A DNA stretch of 64,000 bases from Squalus acanthias (Eukaryota). The position numbers were made by a program, and so were the translations under genes. The stretch spans positions 248,001 to 312,000 of the forward strand of contig JASTWF010000324.1 in assembly GCA_030390025.1 (NCBI GenBank). Direction: 5' to 3'. This document shows positions 46,144 to 58,800 of this stretch, piece by piece; positions within the stretch are counted from its first letter, which is position 1; every line of letters begins with the position of its first letter. The notes under the pieces were generated by a model, which saw nothing but the letters and a program-made list of their open reading frames with translations, had not been told where the DNA came from and ran no database searches.

Positions 46144-46560
46144 TGGGAAAACGGCGTCACTCCCGCTCGCCACGTGCGCCGCGGAAGTTTGTACTCAGTG
46201 TAAATACGTTGGAAACTCGACATGTTTAAGAGTCGGGATTTGTTTATTTTGGTGATGGTGTTGATTGTTTGGTTTTTTGGGTTTTGTTTTTCCTTCCCTT
46301 GAATAAAAGATAAATATACAGGTGATGCGTGAGGTATCGGCCTGGTTACGCCGGGAAGGAAAACAAGTGGTGTAAGTTTAAGGGCAAATGATGCCTATGG
46401 TGATATAAAGTGTGATTTTCTTGGGAAATAAGGACGACACAGAGACCCTAGTGAAGTTAAAATTTTTATGGGATTAATTTACTGGATTCGGAGTGAAATC
46501 GAGATAAGATTGCTCACCACTGAGATTTTTGATACGATAAGCGGAGTTATTCGCATCAAC

Positions 46561-46568
46561 AGGAGGGA
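46561..46568 (+). promoter_or_regulatory. Short polypurine tract (AGGAGGGA)
   Basis: Purine run ending 1 nt before the 3' LTR. Confidence 0.7.
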
Positions 46569-46569
46569 C

Positions 46570-48212
46570 TGTAGAATTCGCAATTATCGCGATTTCATTT
46601 TTAATAAGGAGAAAACACAAGTTTCGTTCAAAACAGCTTTTATTTCAGCGGAATGCTGTCAGGTTTAAATTGGACACAAGCAGCCTGTAAAATGGCCGCC
46701 GCACCGCGTGACAGAACATTCGAGACTTTTCGGCAGGCAGACAAGATGGCGTTCCAATAAACATTTTTGCAGGATCGATAACGATTCAGCACAGTGAAGA
46801 CAATACACAGGACATTATGGGTTTACAGTATAAACATCGATACTGGGATCGGTCTCCCAGGTACAAAGGAAAGCCATCAAGGGCCCATCCAAAGGACATT
46901 AATATGTAAACTCCCAACGGCTCTACGATGAGAGAGCCGTTAGCAGGTAGTTATACAGGACACTTGGAAGCCCCAAACCCCTCCAGGGGGAACACCGACC
47001 GATTTAACAATGGGAGAAATATTAACAGGTACTCAAACATTCAGGAGTAGCCCCGAAACCCATTAAGGACAGAGATCACCCATACAGGACATTTTTGGGC
47101 GCCAAACCTTAAACAAAAGAATGGACATTGTAGTTGGGCGGGAAACGGAAGAACTGTGCACTATAATTGCAGGCCCAAACCGTCCATTCGCTCTCTTGCC
47201 TCGTGTTCGTGACTCTTGCTCTTTTGCTCTTGACTCTTGCCGCTTGCTGCTGTTATCATCGTGGCTGCTCCTGTGTTTTATCCGGTCGATTCGTAACCTC
47301 GTGGCTGCTCCTGTGTAAAAGACTGTTGCAAAGACCTATGTTGGTAGCTGGCAGCGGAACCAAAGGCCCGAGATGAGATGAGATGAGATGAGATGAGAGG
47401 AGAAGAGAAGAAGACCTTATCCATCGCCACGGTCAGTAAATCCCGACCGCGCCTGTAGGTCGATCAGCCAAGTCTTCTCGACAGGAAGTTTTCTTCTTTA
47501 ACAAGACATATTGCATCGACGATAACTGGACTGTGCAAACACATCGTATCAGCGATATTGACAACGGTGCTCCACCATACCCTGTATCCAACCAACAGAG
47601 GTCTTCACTACAGCGGACGGTCCAGCCGACTGACCGAGCAGCAGAAGCAGTAAACAAGTGGGACCAGGAGATCTCCTGACCAACACGTGGGTGCTGCGGT
47701 GAAAAAAAAACATCCGATCAGCTATTCGGGATTTCTCCGAGTTATTACGAGTGGTGAGCATGAGTCTCGGGATCCTACGAAGCTAGTTTTAGGATAGTTA
47801 TTGATAGGGGAGGGTTTAAAGTTTAAGGATATTTGTAATGTGTGCCCTATTTACGTTGTGCTGGTCGTTCCTCGTTTCCCTAAGAGTGATTATAACTGTT
47901 TGTAAGATTGTACTGTCATTAATCTGTGCATATGACATGTATTTCATAATTTTAAGTATCATGCAATAAAGATTTTCCATTTCGTACCGTTCAAACCAAG
48001 TCTACATGAGTTTTATCTCCATTACTGCTCTCGCATCTAAGTCCAGTGTCTAGAACCGTAAGGGAGAGTGATTCGAACCACTCACAGGGGTGTCTAGTGT
48101 TCCCAGACTGGCTGGAGACCAGGCCTAGACCCGCACTGACATACAGGCTGCACAGAGCCGCGTGAACCTCACAGGCCACGAGACACGCAGGGTCAGGAGA
48201 GTATCCCTTACA
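46570..48212 (+). repeat. 3' LTR (1643 bp)
   Basis: Copy of the 5' LTR. The only difference I could see is A9 (47702-47710) versus A8 (36683-36690). Confidence 0.97.
47965..47970 (+). terminator. Candidate polyadenylation signal AATAAA in the 3' LTR
   Basis: AATAAA about 240 nt before the LTR end. Another AATAAA occurs near the LTR 5' end, so the usage is inferred. Confidence 0.5.
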
Positions 48213-51182
48213 TGCCCAAAACCTTAAATCTGTGTCCCCTAGTCCTTGTACCATCAAGTAGTGGGAACAGCCTTTCCTCGTCTAGCCTATCCAAACCCGT
48301 CATAATCTTGTACACCTCTATCAAATCACCCCTCAACCTCCTTTGCTCTAATGAAATCAAATCCAGCTTCTCCAACCAGTCCTTGTAGCTAAGATCCCCA
48401 TCCCCGGAACCATTCTGGTAAATCTCCTCTGCACCCTCTCAAGGGCCTTCACATCCTTCCTAAAGTGTGGTGACCAGAACTGGACGCAATATTCCAGTTG
48501 TGGCCTAACCAGCGCTTTATAAAGATTCAGCATAACTTCTCTACTTTTGTACTCAATACCTCTATTTATGAAGCCCAAGATCCCATATGCTTTGTTAAAC
48601 GCTCTCTCATTGGCCCAAAAATTCGGCCGTTCCCGGGTGAGTACGCATTGTGTACTCACCCGTATTAATTCCCGAAGTGCCGGTTTCCTGCATGCACTGC
48701 GCATGCACGGGAAACCCGAACTTCCGGTATGGTGAAGGGGGCGGTTCCTAGGTGAACCGTGTGCTTGGTAGAGGCTGCGCGCACGCAGCACACTTAGATA
48801 TTTTTTCAGGTTTCAACGCGAGGGTAAGTTTTGAAGATTCTACGCTAATAAAAAGGAGGCGTAAGACCACTTTTGAACAAGGTAAGTAGTAAATTAAATT
48901 TAATTTTAAATTTTTTTCAACAGGTTTATCTTTTTTAGATACTTTAAAGAAAGGTAAGTTTATTTTTATAACTTTTAAAAATTATTTTAATTTTTTCAAA
49001 AATTTAAATTTTTGTTTAAAGTGGTTAATTTATTTAACTATAGTTATTTTATAAATGTGATGTTTTTTTAAAATTTATTTGAAGTTTAGCTGTTCTTTTG
49101 GGGCCGATTTCAATTCACAGATTTGACAGGTCTCATGTCAAATCTATGAATGAAAGATGGTCTGCTGCCATTGGCTCTCCATGGCCCACGTGATCCCAGG
49201 GTTCGCATCGCACTAACTGCGCCCCTGGGACACGCAAGCACTGCGCGCCGGCACTAGGGAGAGGCCCAGGACCCGAAGTTCCTGTGGGCCCGAAACACAA
49301 CGGCAGGCGCGGTGGGTAAGAGCGCGCGCGATCCTTACCCCCGCGGCAAGCCGGCCACCCGAATTTCTAGGCCAATATGTCCCGCCACCTTCAGGAACCT
49401 ATGCACATTAACTCCCAGGTCCCTCTGTCCCTGCACACTCTTTAAAACTGTACCATTAAGTGTATGTTGCCTCTCCCTGTTCCTTCTGCCAAATGCATCA
49501 CCTCACACTTCTCTGTATTAAATTCCATCTGCCACTTGTCTGCCATTCTGCTAGCCTTTCTATGTCCTGTTGCAGTCAATTGATATCATCATCAGTGTTT
49601 GCCACACCCCCAAGTTTGGAGTCATTGGCAAATTTAGAAATTCTACTCTGTGTTCCAATATCCAGGTCATTTATATATATCAAAAAAGCAGTGGCCCCAG
49701 CACTGACCCTTGGGGCACACCACTGTCTACCATCCTCCAGTCTGAAAAACAGCCATTTACCACAACTCGCTGTTCTCTGTCCTTAAGCCAATTCCTTATG
49801 TAAGCTGCCACTGACCCACCTATTCCATGAGCCTCAATTTTGTTAACCAGCCTTCTATGTGGTACTTTGTCAAACGCCTTTCTAAAATCCATGCAGACAA
49901 CATCCATTGCATTCCCTTCATCAATCCTCCTGTTACTTCATCAAAAAATTCAATTAGGTTCGTCAAACATGATCTGCCTTTTACAAATCCGTGTTGACTC
50001 TCCTTAATTAGTTTAAACCTCTCCAAATGCCCGTTAATTTTTTCCTTGATTATTGTTTCTAAAACTTTACCCAAGACTGATGTTAAACTGACCGGCCTGT
50101 AGTTACTAGGATTGTCCTTACACCCTTTCTTGAACAATGGTGTCACATTTGCCACTTTTCAATCCTCAGGCACTTCCTACGCATCTAGGGAAGATTGAAA
50201 AATTATGGCAAGCCCTTCCGCTATCTCCTCCCGCAATTCTCTTAGCAACCTGGGATGCAAGCCATCTGGACCAGGCGACTTATCCACTCTAAGCATACCC
50301 AACCTTTCGAGTAAAACCTGTCTATCAATTTGCACCACTTCCATTGCTTCTACCTTTTCCACATCTACCGATATTTTGTCAGCATCCACCTCCTTAGTAA
50401 ACACAGATACAAAGTACTCATTGCGTATTCTAGCCTTGCCCTGCGCCTCTAAGCATATAACACCCCGCCTCTTACTACCCGCTTACTGTTTACATGCTGG
50501 CAGAAGATTTTTGGGTTCCCTTTTATGTTAACCGCCATTCTACTCTCATATTCCTCTTTGCCAATCTGATTTTCATCTTCACTTCCCCTCTCAACTTATT
50601 TTATTTGGTCTGGTTCTTCCTTGAAGAATTCACCTGACATGCATCATACGCCCTCTTTTTTTGTTTCATCATCTTCTTACTCTCCCTCGTCATCCAAGGA
50701 GCCCTAGCTTTGGTTCCCTTACCCTTCCCTCTTGTTGGAATGTACCTAGCCTGTACTTGCAACATCTCCTCCTTAAAGATCACCCATTGTTCCGTTACAG
50801 TTTTTCCTGTCAGTCTTTGGTTCCATTTTACCCTGGCCAGATCCTTTCGCATCCCATTGAAGTTAGCCCTATTCCAGTTTAGAAGTTCCACTCTAGATTG
50901 TTCCTTGCTCCTCTCCATTGCTAATCTAAATCTTATGATACGATGATCACTCGTACCCAAGTGTTCTCCCACAGACACTTGGTCGACCTGGCCCACCTCA
51001 TTCCCCAGCACCAGATCCAGCAATGCCTCTTTCCTAGTTGGGCCAAGAACATACTGGTCAAGGAAATTCTCCTGAACACATTTCAGAAATTCCTCCCCCT
51101 CCTTTCCCTTTACCCTAGCATTATCCCAGTCGATATTTGGGTAATTAAAGTCCCCCAATATCACCAATCTATAGCTCTTGCA
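48213..51182 (-). mobile_element. CR1 ORF2 (EN C-terminal part + RT), degenerate; right piece of the provirus host, itself interrupted by a MITE
   Basis: Minus-strand ORFs carry GDFNYP/LDLVL/SDH (50601-51203), KSPGPDG, NYRPVSLTS, DFRKAFDKVPH, GVPQGSVLGP and RPQLEYCVQFWSP. Confidence 0.92.
48612..49373. mobile_element. Non-autonomous DNA transposon (MITE), possibly PIF/Harbinger-type
   Basis: Imperfect TIRs GGCCCAAAAATTCGG / CCGAATTTCTAGGCC, flanks ATT and AAT, AT-rich core. The CR1 reading frame is continuous across it (…VAGHIERAFNKA…). Confidence 0.75.
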
Positions 51183-52530
51183 AGGCCAGCATTTATTGCC
51201 CATCCCTAATTGCCCTTGAGAAGGTGGTGGTGAGCCGCCTTCTTGAAACGCTGCAGTCCGTTTGGTGAAGGTACTCCCACAGTGCTGCTAGGGAGGGAGT
51301 TCCAGGATTTTGACACAGTGACAATGAAGGAACGGTGATATACTTCTAAGTCAGCATGGTGTGTGACTTGGAGGGGAACTTGGAGGTGGTGGTGTTCCCA
51401 TGTGCCTGCTGCCCTTGTCCTTCTAGAGGTTGCGGGTTTGGGAGGTGCTGCTGAAGAAGCCTTGGCGAGTTGCTGCAGTGCATCTTGTAGAGGGTACACA
51501 CTGCAGCCACGGTACGCCGGTGGTGGAGGGAGTGAATGTTTAAAGTGGTGGATGGGGTGTCAATCAAACGGGCTGCTTTGTCTTGGATGGTGTCGAGCAT
51601 CTTGAGTGTTGTTGCAGCTGCACTCATCCAGGCAAGTGGAGAGTATTCCATCACACTCCTGACTTGTGCCTTGTAGATGGTGGAAAGGCTTTGGGGAGTC
51701 AGGAGGTAAGACACTCGCTGCAGAATACCCAGCCTGTGACCTGCTCTTGTTGCCACAGTATTTATGTGGCTGGTCCAGTTAAGTTTCTGGTCAATGGTGA
51801 CCCCCAGGATGTTGATGGTGGGGGATTCGGCGATGGTAATGCCGTTGAATGTCATGGGGAGGTGGTTAGATTCTCACTTGTTGGAGATAGTCATTGCCTG
51901 GCACTTCTGTGGTGCGAATGTTACCTGCCACTTATCAGCCCAAGCCTGAACGTCGTCCAGGTCTTGTTGCATGCGGGCATGGACTGCTTCATTATCTGAG
52001 GAGTTGCGAATGGCACTGAACACTGTGCAGTCATCAGCAAACATCCCCATTTCTGACCTTATGTTGGAGGGAAGGTCATTGATGAAACAGCTAAAGATGG
52101 TTGGGCCTAGGACACTGCCCTGAGAAACTCCTGCAGCGAAGTCCCGGGGTTGAGATGATTGACTTTCAATCACCACAACCATCTTCCTTTGTGCTAGGTA
52201 TGACTCCAGCCAGTGGAGCGTTTTCCCCCTGATTCCCATTGACTTCAGTTTTATTAGGGCTCCTTGATGCCACACTCGGTCAAATGCTGCCTTGATGTCA
52301 AGGGCAGTCACTCTCATCTCATGTCTGGAATTCAGCTTCTTTGTCCATGTTTGGACCAAGGCTGTAATGAGGTCGGGAGCCGAGTGGTCTTGGCGGAACC
52401 CAAACTGGGCATCAGTGAGCAGGTTATTGGTGAGTAAGTGCCGCTTGATAGCACTGTCGACAACACCTTCCATCACTTTGCTGATGATTGAGATTAGACT
52501 GATGGGGCGGTAATTGGCCAGATTGGATAT
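51183..52530 (-). mobile_element. 5'-truncated LINE of a different family (RT and 3' end)
   Basis: NYRPISLIS, ALDIKAAFDRVWH, QGSVLGP and FADD in ORF 51874-52635, continuing in 51346-51855. Confidence 0.88.
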
Positions 52531-52534
52531 GTCC

Positions 52535-52832
52535 TGCTCTTCCACTCTTCTTCCCCCCACCCTGTGCAGCTGAGCCACCTGTGGTGCCGTGGCCTTGGCT
52601 CTGGTTGCTCTCCCCAGAGGAGGCATCAACGTCACCAGTTTCCAGAACTGTGAACCGGTTAGCGAGCGAGATGCACTCTGGAGATTCCTGCCTGATCCTC
52701 CTTCTCTGTCTGGTGGTCACCCATTCCCTCTCTGCCTGCACATTCTGAGGCTGCGGGGTGACCACTTCTAGAAACATGCTTTCAAAGTATATCGCAGCCT
52801 CGCGGATGCACTGTAGTGACTCCAGCTGCCGC
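52535..52832 (-). mobile_element. CR1 ORF1 fragment
   Basis: FLEVVTP…EREWVT…HGTTGGSAAQGG is homologous to 31310-31600 on the + strand. Confidence 0.85.
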
Positions 52833-55800
52833 TGAGACTGAGAGAGAATCAGAGAGACTGAGAGAGAATCAGAGAGACTGAGAGAGAATCAGAGAGACTG
52901 AGAGAGAATCAGAGAGACTGAGAGAAAATCAGAGACTGAGGGAGAATCAGAGACTGAGAGAGAATGAGAGACTGAGAGAGAATCAGAGAGACTGAGAGAG
53001 AATCAGAGAGACTAAGAGAGAATCAGAGAGACTGAGAGAGAATCAGAGAGACTGAGAGAGAAACAGAGACTGAGAGAGAATCAGAGACTGAGAGAGAATC
53101 AGAGACTGAGAGAGAATCAGAGACTGAGAGAGAATCAGAGAGACTGAGAGAGAATCAGAGAGACTGAGAGAGAATCAGAGAGACTGAGAGAGAATCAGAG
53201 ACTGATAGAGAATCAGAGACTGAGAGAGAATCAGAGAGACTAAGAGAGAATCAGAGAGACTGAGAGAGAATCAGAGAGACTGAGAGAGAATCAGAGAGAC
53301 TGAGAGAGAATCAGAGACTGAGAGAGAATCAGAGAGACTGAGAGAGAATCAGAGAGACTGAGAGAGAATCAGAGACTGAGAGAGAAACAGAGAGACTGAG
53401 AGAGAATCAGAGAGACTGAGAGACAATCAGAGAGACTGAGAGAGAATCAGAGAGAATGAGAGAGAATCAGAGAGACTGAGAGAGAATCAGAGAGACTGAG
53501 AGAGAATCAGAGAGACTGAGAGAAAATCAGAGACTGAGGGAGAATCAGAGACTGAGAGAGAATGAGAGACGGAGAGAGAATCAGAGAGACTGGGAGAGAA
53601 TCAGAGATACTGAGAATGAATCAGACAGACTGAGAGAGAATCAGAGACACTGAGAGAGAATCAGAGAGACTGAGAGAGAATCAGAGACTGAGAGAGAATC
53701 AGAGAGACTGAGAGAGAATCAGAGAGACTGAGAGAGAATCAGAGAGACTGAGAGAGAATCAGAGACTGAGAGAGAATCAGAGAGACTGAGAGAGAATCAG
53801 AGAGACTGAGAGAGAATCAGAGAGACTGAGAGAGAATCAGAGAGACAGAGAGAGAATCAGAGAGACTGAGAGAGAATCAGAGAGACTGAGAGAGTATCAG
53901 AGACTGAGAGAGAATCAGAGACTGAGAGAGAATCAGAGAGACTGAGAGAGAATCAGAGAGACTGAGAGAGTATCAGAGACTGAGAGAGAATCAGAGACTG
54001 AGAGAGAATCAGAGAGACTGAGAGAGAATCAGAGACTGAGAGAGAATCAGAGAGACTGAGAGAGAATCAGAGAGACTGAGAGAGAATCAGAGACTGAGAG
54101 AGAATCAGAGAGACTGAGAGAGAATCAGAGACTGAGAGAGAATCAGAGAGACTGAGAGAGAATCAGAGAGACTGAGAGAGAATCAGAGACTGAGAGAGAA
54201 TCAGAGAGACTGAGAGAGAATCAGAGACTGAGAGAGAATCAGAGAGACTGAGAGAGAATCAGAGACTGAGAGAGAATCAGAGAGACTGAGAGAGAATCAG
54301 AGACTGAGAGAGAATCAGAGAGACTGAGAGAGAATCAGAGAGACTGAGAGAGAATCAGAGAGACTGAGAGAGAGTCAGAGAGACTGAGAGAGAATCAGAG
54401 AGACTGAGAGAGAATCAGAGAGACTGAGAGAGAATCAGAGAGACTGAGAGAGAATCAGAGAGACTGAGAGAGAATCAGAGACTGAGAGAGAATCAGAGAG
54501 ACTGAGAGAGAATCAGAGAGACTGAGAGAGAATCAGAGACTGAGACAGAATCAGAGAGACTGAGAGAGAATCAGAGAGACTGAGAGAGATTCAGAGACTG
54601 AGAGAGAATCAGAGACTGAGAGAGAATCAGAGAGACTGAGAGAGAATCAGAGAGACTGAGAGAGAATCAGAGAGACTGAGAGAGAATCAGAGAGACTGAG
54701 AGAGAATCAGAGAGACTGAGAGAGAATCAGAGAGACTGAGAGAGAATCAGAGAGACTGAGAGAGAATCAGAGAGACTGAGAGAGAATCAGAGAGACTGAG
54801 AGAGAATCAGAGAGACTCAGAGAGAATCAGAGAGACTGAGAGAGAATCAGAGACTGAGAGAGAATCAGAGAGACTGAGAGAGAATCAGAGAGACTGAGAG
54901 AGAATCAGAGACTGAGAGAGAATCAGAGAGACTGAGAGAGAATCAGAGAGACTGAGAGAGAATCAGAGACTGAGAGAGAATCAGAGAGACTGAGAGAGAA
55001 TCAGAGAGACTGAGAGAGAATCAGAGAGACTGAGAGAGAATCAGAGAGACTGAGATAGAATCAGAGAGACTGAGAGAGAATCAGAGAGACTGAGAGAGAA
55101 TCAGAGAGACTGAGAGAGAATCAGAGACTGAGAGAGAATCAGAGAGACTGAGAGAGAATCAGAGAGACTGAGAGAGAATCAGAGAGACTGAGAGAGAATC
55201 AGAGAGACTGAGAGAGAATCAGAGACTGAGAGAGAATCAGAGAGACTGAGAGAGAATCAGAGACTGAGAGAGAGTCAGAGACTGAGAGAGAATCAGAGAC
55301 TGAGAGAGAATCAGAGAGACTGAGAGAGAATCAGAGACTGAGAGAGAATCAGAGAGACTGTGAGAGAATCAGAGAGACTGAGAGAGAATCAGAGAGACTG
55401 AGAGAGAATCAGAGAGACTGAGAGAGAATCAGAGAGACTGAGAGAGAAACATTGACTGAGAGAGAATCAGAGACTGAGAGAGAATCAGAGACTGAGAGAG
55501 AATCAGAGACTGAGAGAGAATCAGAGAGACTGAGAGAGAATCAGAGAGACTGAGAGAGAATCAGAGAGACTGAGAGAGAATCAGAGACTGAGAGAGAATC
55601 AGAGACTGAGAGAGAATCAGAGACTGAGAGAGAATCAGAGAGACTGAGAGAGAATCAGAGAGACTGAGAGAGAATCAGAGAGACTGAGAGAGTATCAGAG
55701 ACTGAGAGAGAATCAGAGACTGAGAGAGAATCAGAGAGACTGAGAGAGAATCAGAGACTGAGAGAGAATCAGAGAGACTGAGAGAGAATCAGAGAGACTG

Positions 55801-58800
55801 AGAGAGAATCAGAGACTGAGAGAGAATCAGAGAGACTGAGAGAGAATCAGAGAGACTGAGAGAGAATCAGAGACTGAGAGAGAATCAGAGAGACTGAGAG
55901 AGAATCAGAGAGACTGAGAGAGAATCAGAGAGACTGAGAGAGAATCAGAGAGACTGAGATAGAATCAGAGAGACTGAGAGAGAATCAGAGAGACTGAGAG
56001 AGAATCAGAGAGACTGAGAGAGAATCAGAGACTGAGAGAGAATCAGAGAGACTGAGAGAGAATCAGAGAGACTGAGAGAGAATCAGAGAGACTGAGAGAG
56101 AATCAGAGAGACTGAGAGAGAATCAGAGACTGAGAGAGAATCAGAGAGACTGAGAGAGAATCAGAGACTGAGAGAGAGTCAGAGACTGAGAGAGAATCAG
56201 AGACTGAGAGAGAATCAGAGAGACTGAGAGAGAATCAGAGACTGAGAGAGAATCAGAGAGACTGTGAGAGAATCAGAGAGACTGAGAGAGAATCAGAGAG
56301 ACTGAGAGAGAATCAGAGAGACTGAGAGAGAATCAGAGAGACTGAGAGAGAAACAGAGACTGAGAGAGAATCAGAGACTGAGAGAGAATCAGAGACTGAG
56401 AGAGAATCAGAGACTGAGAGAGAATCAGAGAGACTGAGAGAGAATCAGAGAGACTGAGAGAGAATCAGAGAGACTGAGAGAGAATCAGAGACTGAGAGAG
56501 AATCAGAGACTGAGAGAGAATCAGAGACTGAGAGAGAATCAGAGAGACTGAGAGAGAATCAGAGAGACTGAGAGAGAATCAGAGAGACTGAGAGAGAATC
56601 AGAGAGACTGAGAGAGAATCAGAGACTGAGAGAGAATCAGAGACTGAGAGAGAATCAGAGAGACTGAGAGAGAATAAGAGACTGAGAGAATCAGAGAGAC
56701 TGAGAGAGAATCAGAGAGACTGAGAGAGAATCAGAGAGACTGAGAGAGAATCAGAGAGACTGAGAGAGAATCAGAGAGACTGAGAGAGAATCAGAGAGAC
56801 TGAGAGAGAATCAGAGAGACTGAGAGAGAATCAGAGAGACTGAGAGAGAATCAGAGAGACTGAGAGAGAATCAGAGAGACTGAGAGAGAATCAGAGAGAC
56901 TGAGAGAGAATCAGAGAGACTGAGAGAGAATCAGAGAGACTGAGAGAGAATCAGAGAGACTGAGATAGAATCAGAGAGACTGAGAGAGAATCAGAGAGAC
57001 TGAGAGAGAATCAGAGAGACTGAGAGAGAATCAGAGACTGAGAGAGAATCAGAGAGACTGAGAGAGAATCAGAGAGACTGAGAGAGAATCAGAGACTGAG
57101 AGAGAATCAGAGAGACTGAGAGAGAATCAGAGAGACTGAGAGAGAATCAGAGACTGAGAGAGAATCAGAGAGACTGAGAGAGAATCAGAGACTGAGAGAG
57201 AGTCAGAGACTGAGAGAGAATCAGAGACTGAGAGAGAATCAGAGAGACTGAGAGAGAATCAGAGACTGAGAGAGAATCAGAGAGACTGTGAGAGAATCAG
57301 AGAGACTGAGAGAGAATCAGAGAGACTGAGAGAGAATCAGAGAGACTGAGAGAGAATCAGAGAGACTGAGAGAGAAACAGAGACTGAGAGAGAATCAGAG
57401 ACTGAGAGAGAATCAGAGACTGAGAGAGAATCAGAGACTGAGAGAGAATCAGAGAGACTGAGAGAGAATCAGAGAGACTGAGAGAGAATCAGAGAGACTG
57501 AGAGAGAATCAGAGACTGAGAGAGAATCAGAGACTGAGAGAGAATCAGAGACTGAGAGAGAATCAGAGAGACTGAGAGAGAATCAGAGAGACTGAGAGAG
57601 AATCAGAGAGACTGAGAGAGAATCAGAGAGACTGAGAGAGAATCAGAGACTGAGAGAGAATCAGAGACTGAGAGAGAATCAGAGAGACTGAGAGAGAATA
57701 AGAGACTGAGAGAGAATCAGAGAGACTGAGAGAGAATCAGAGAGACTGAGAGAGAATCAGAGAGACTGAGAGAGAATCAGAGAGACTGAGAGAGAATCAG
57801 AGAGACTGAGAGAGAATCAGAGAGACTGAGAGAGAATCAGAGAGACTGAGAGAGAATCAGAGAGACTGAGAGAGAATCAGAGAGACTGAGAGTGAATCAG
57901 AGAGACTGAGAGAGAATCAAAGAGACTGAGAGAGAATCAGAGAGACTGAGAGAGAATCAGAGGGACTGAGAGAGAATCAGAGAGACTGAGAGAGAATCAG
58001 AGACTGAGAGAGAATCAGAGAGCCTGAGAGAGAATCAGAGAGACTGAGAGAGAATCAGAGAGACTGAGAGAGAATCAGAGAGACTGAGAGAGAATCAGAG
58101 AGACTGAGAGAGAATGAGAGACTGAGAGAGTATCAGAGAGACTGAGAGAGAATCAGAGAGACTGAGAGAGAATCAGAGACTGAGAGAGAATCAGAGAGAC
58201 TGAGAGAGAATCAGAGAGACTGAGAGAGAATCAGAGAGACTGAGAGAGAATCAGAGAGACTGAGAGAGAATCAGAGACTGAGAGAGAATCAGAGAGACTG
58301 AGAGAGAATCAGAGAGACTGAGAGTGAATCAGAGTATGAGAGAGAATCAGAGAGACTGAGAGAGAATCAGAGAGACTGAGAGAGAATCAGAGAGACTGAG
58401 AGAGAATCAGAGAGACTGAAAGAGAATCAGAGACTGAGAGAGAATCAGAGACTGAGAGAGAATCAGAGAGACTGAGAGAGAATCAGAGAGACTGAGAGAG
58501 AATCAGAGAGACTGAGAGAGAATCAGAGAGACTGAGAGAGAAGCAGAGAGACTGAGAGAGAATCAGAGAGACTGAGAGAGAATCAGAGAGACTGAGAGAG
58601 AATCAGAGAGACTGAGAGAGAATCAGAGAGACTGAGAGAGAATCAGAGAGACTGAGAGTGAATCAGAGACTGAGAGAGAATCAGAGAGACTGAGAGTGAA
58701 TCAGAGAGACTGAGAGTGAATCAGAGACTGAGAGAGAATCAGAGAGACTGAGAGAGAATCAGAGAGACTGAGAGTGAATCAGAGACTGAGAGAGAATCAG

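Larger units (their letters stand above)
35551..48212 (+). mobile_element. Full-length endogenous retrovirus-like provirus (lokiretrovirus-like), LTR-gag-pol-env-LTR, 12662 bp
   Basis: Paired LTRs TGTAG…TTACA, TSD TGCC (35547-35550 and 48213-48216), PBS, PPT and three long uninterrupted ORFs. The provirus call is firm; the lineage assignment is an inference. Confidence 0.95.
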
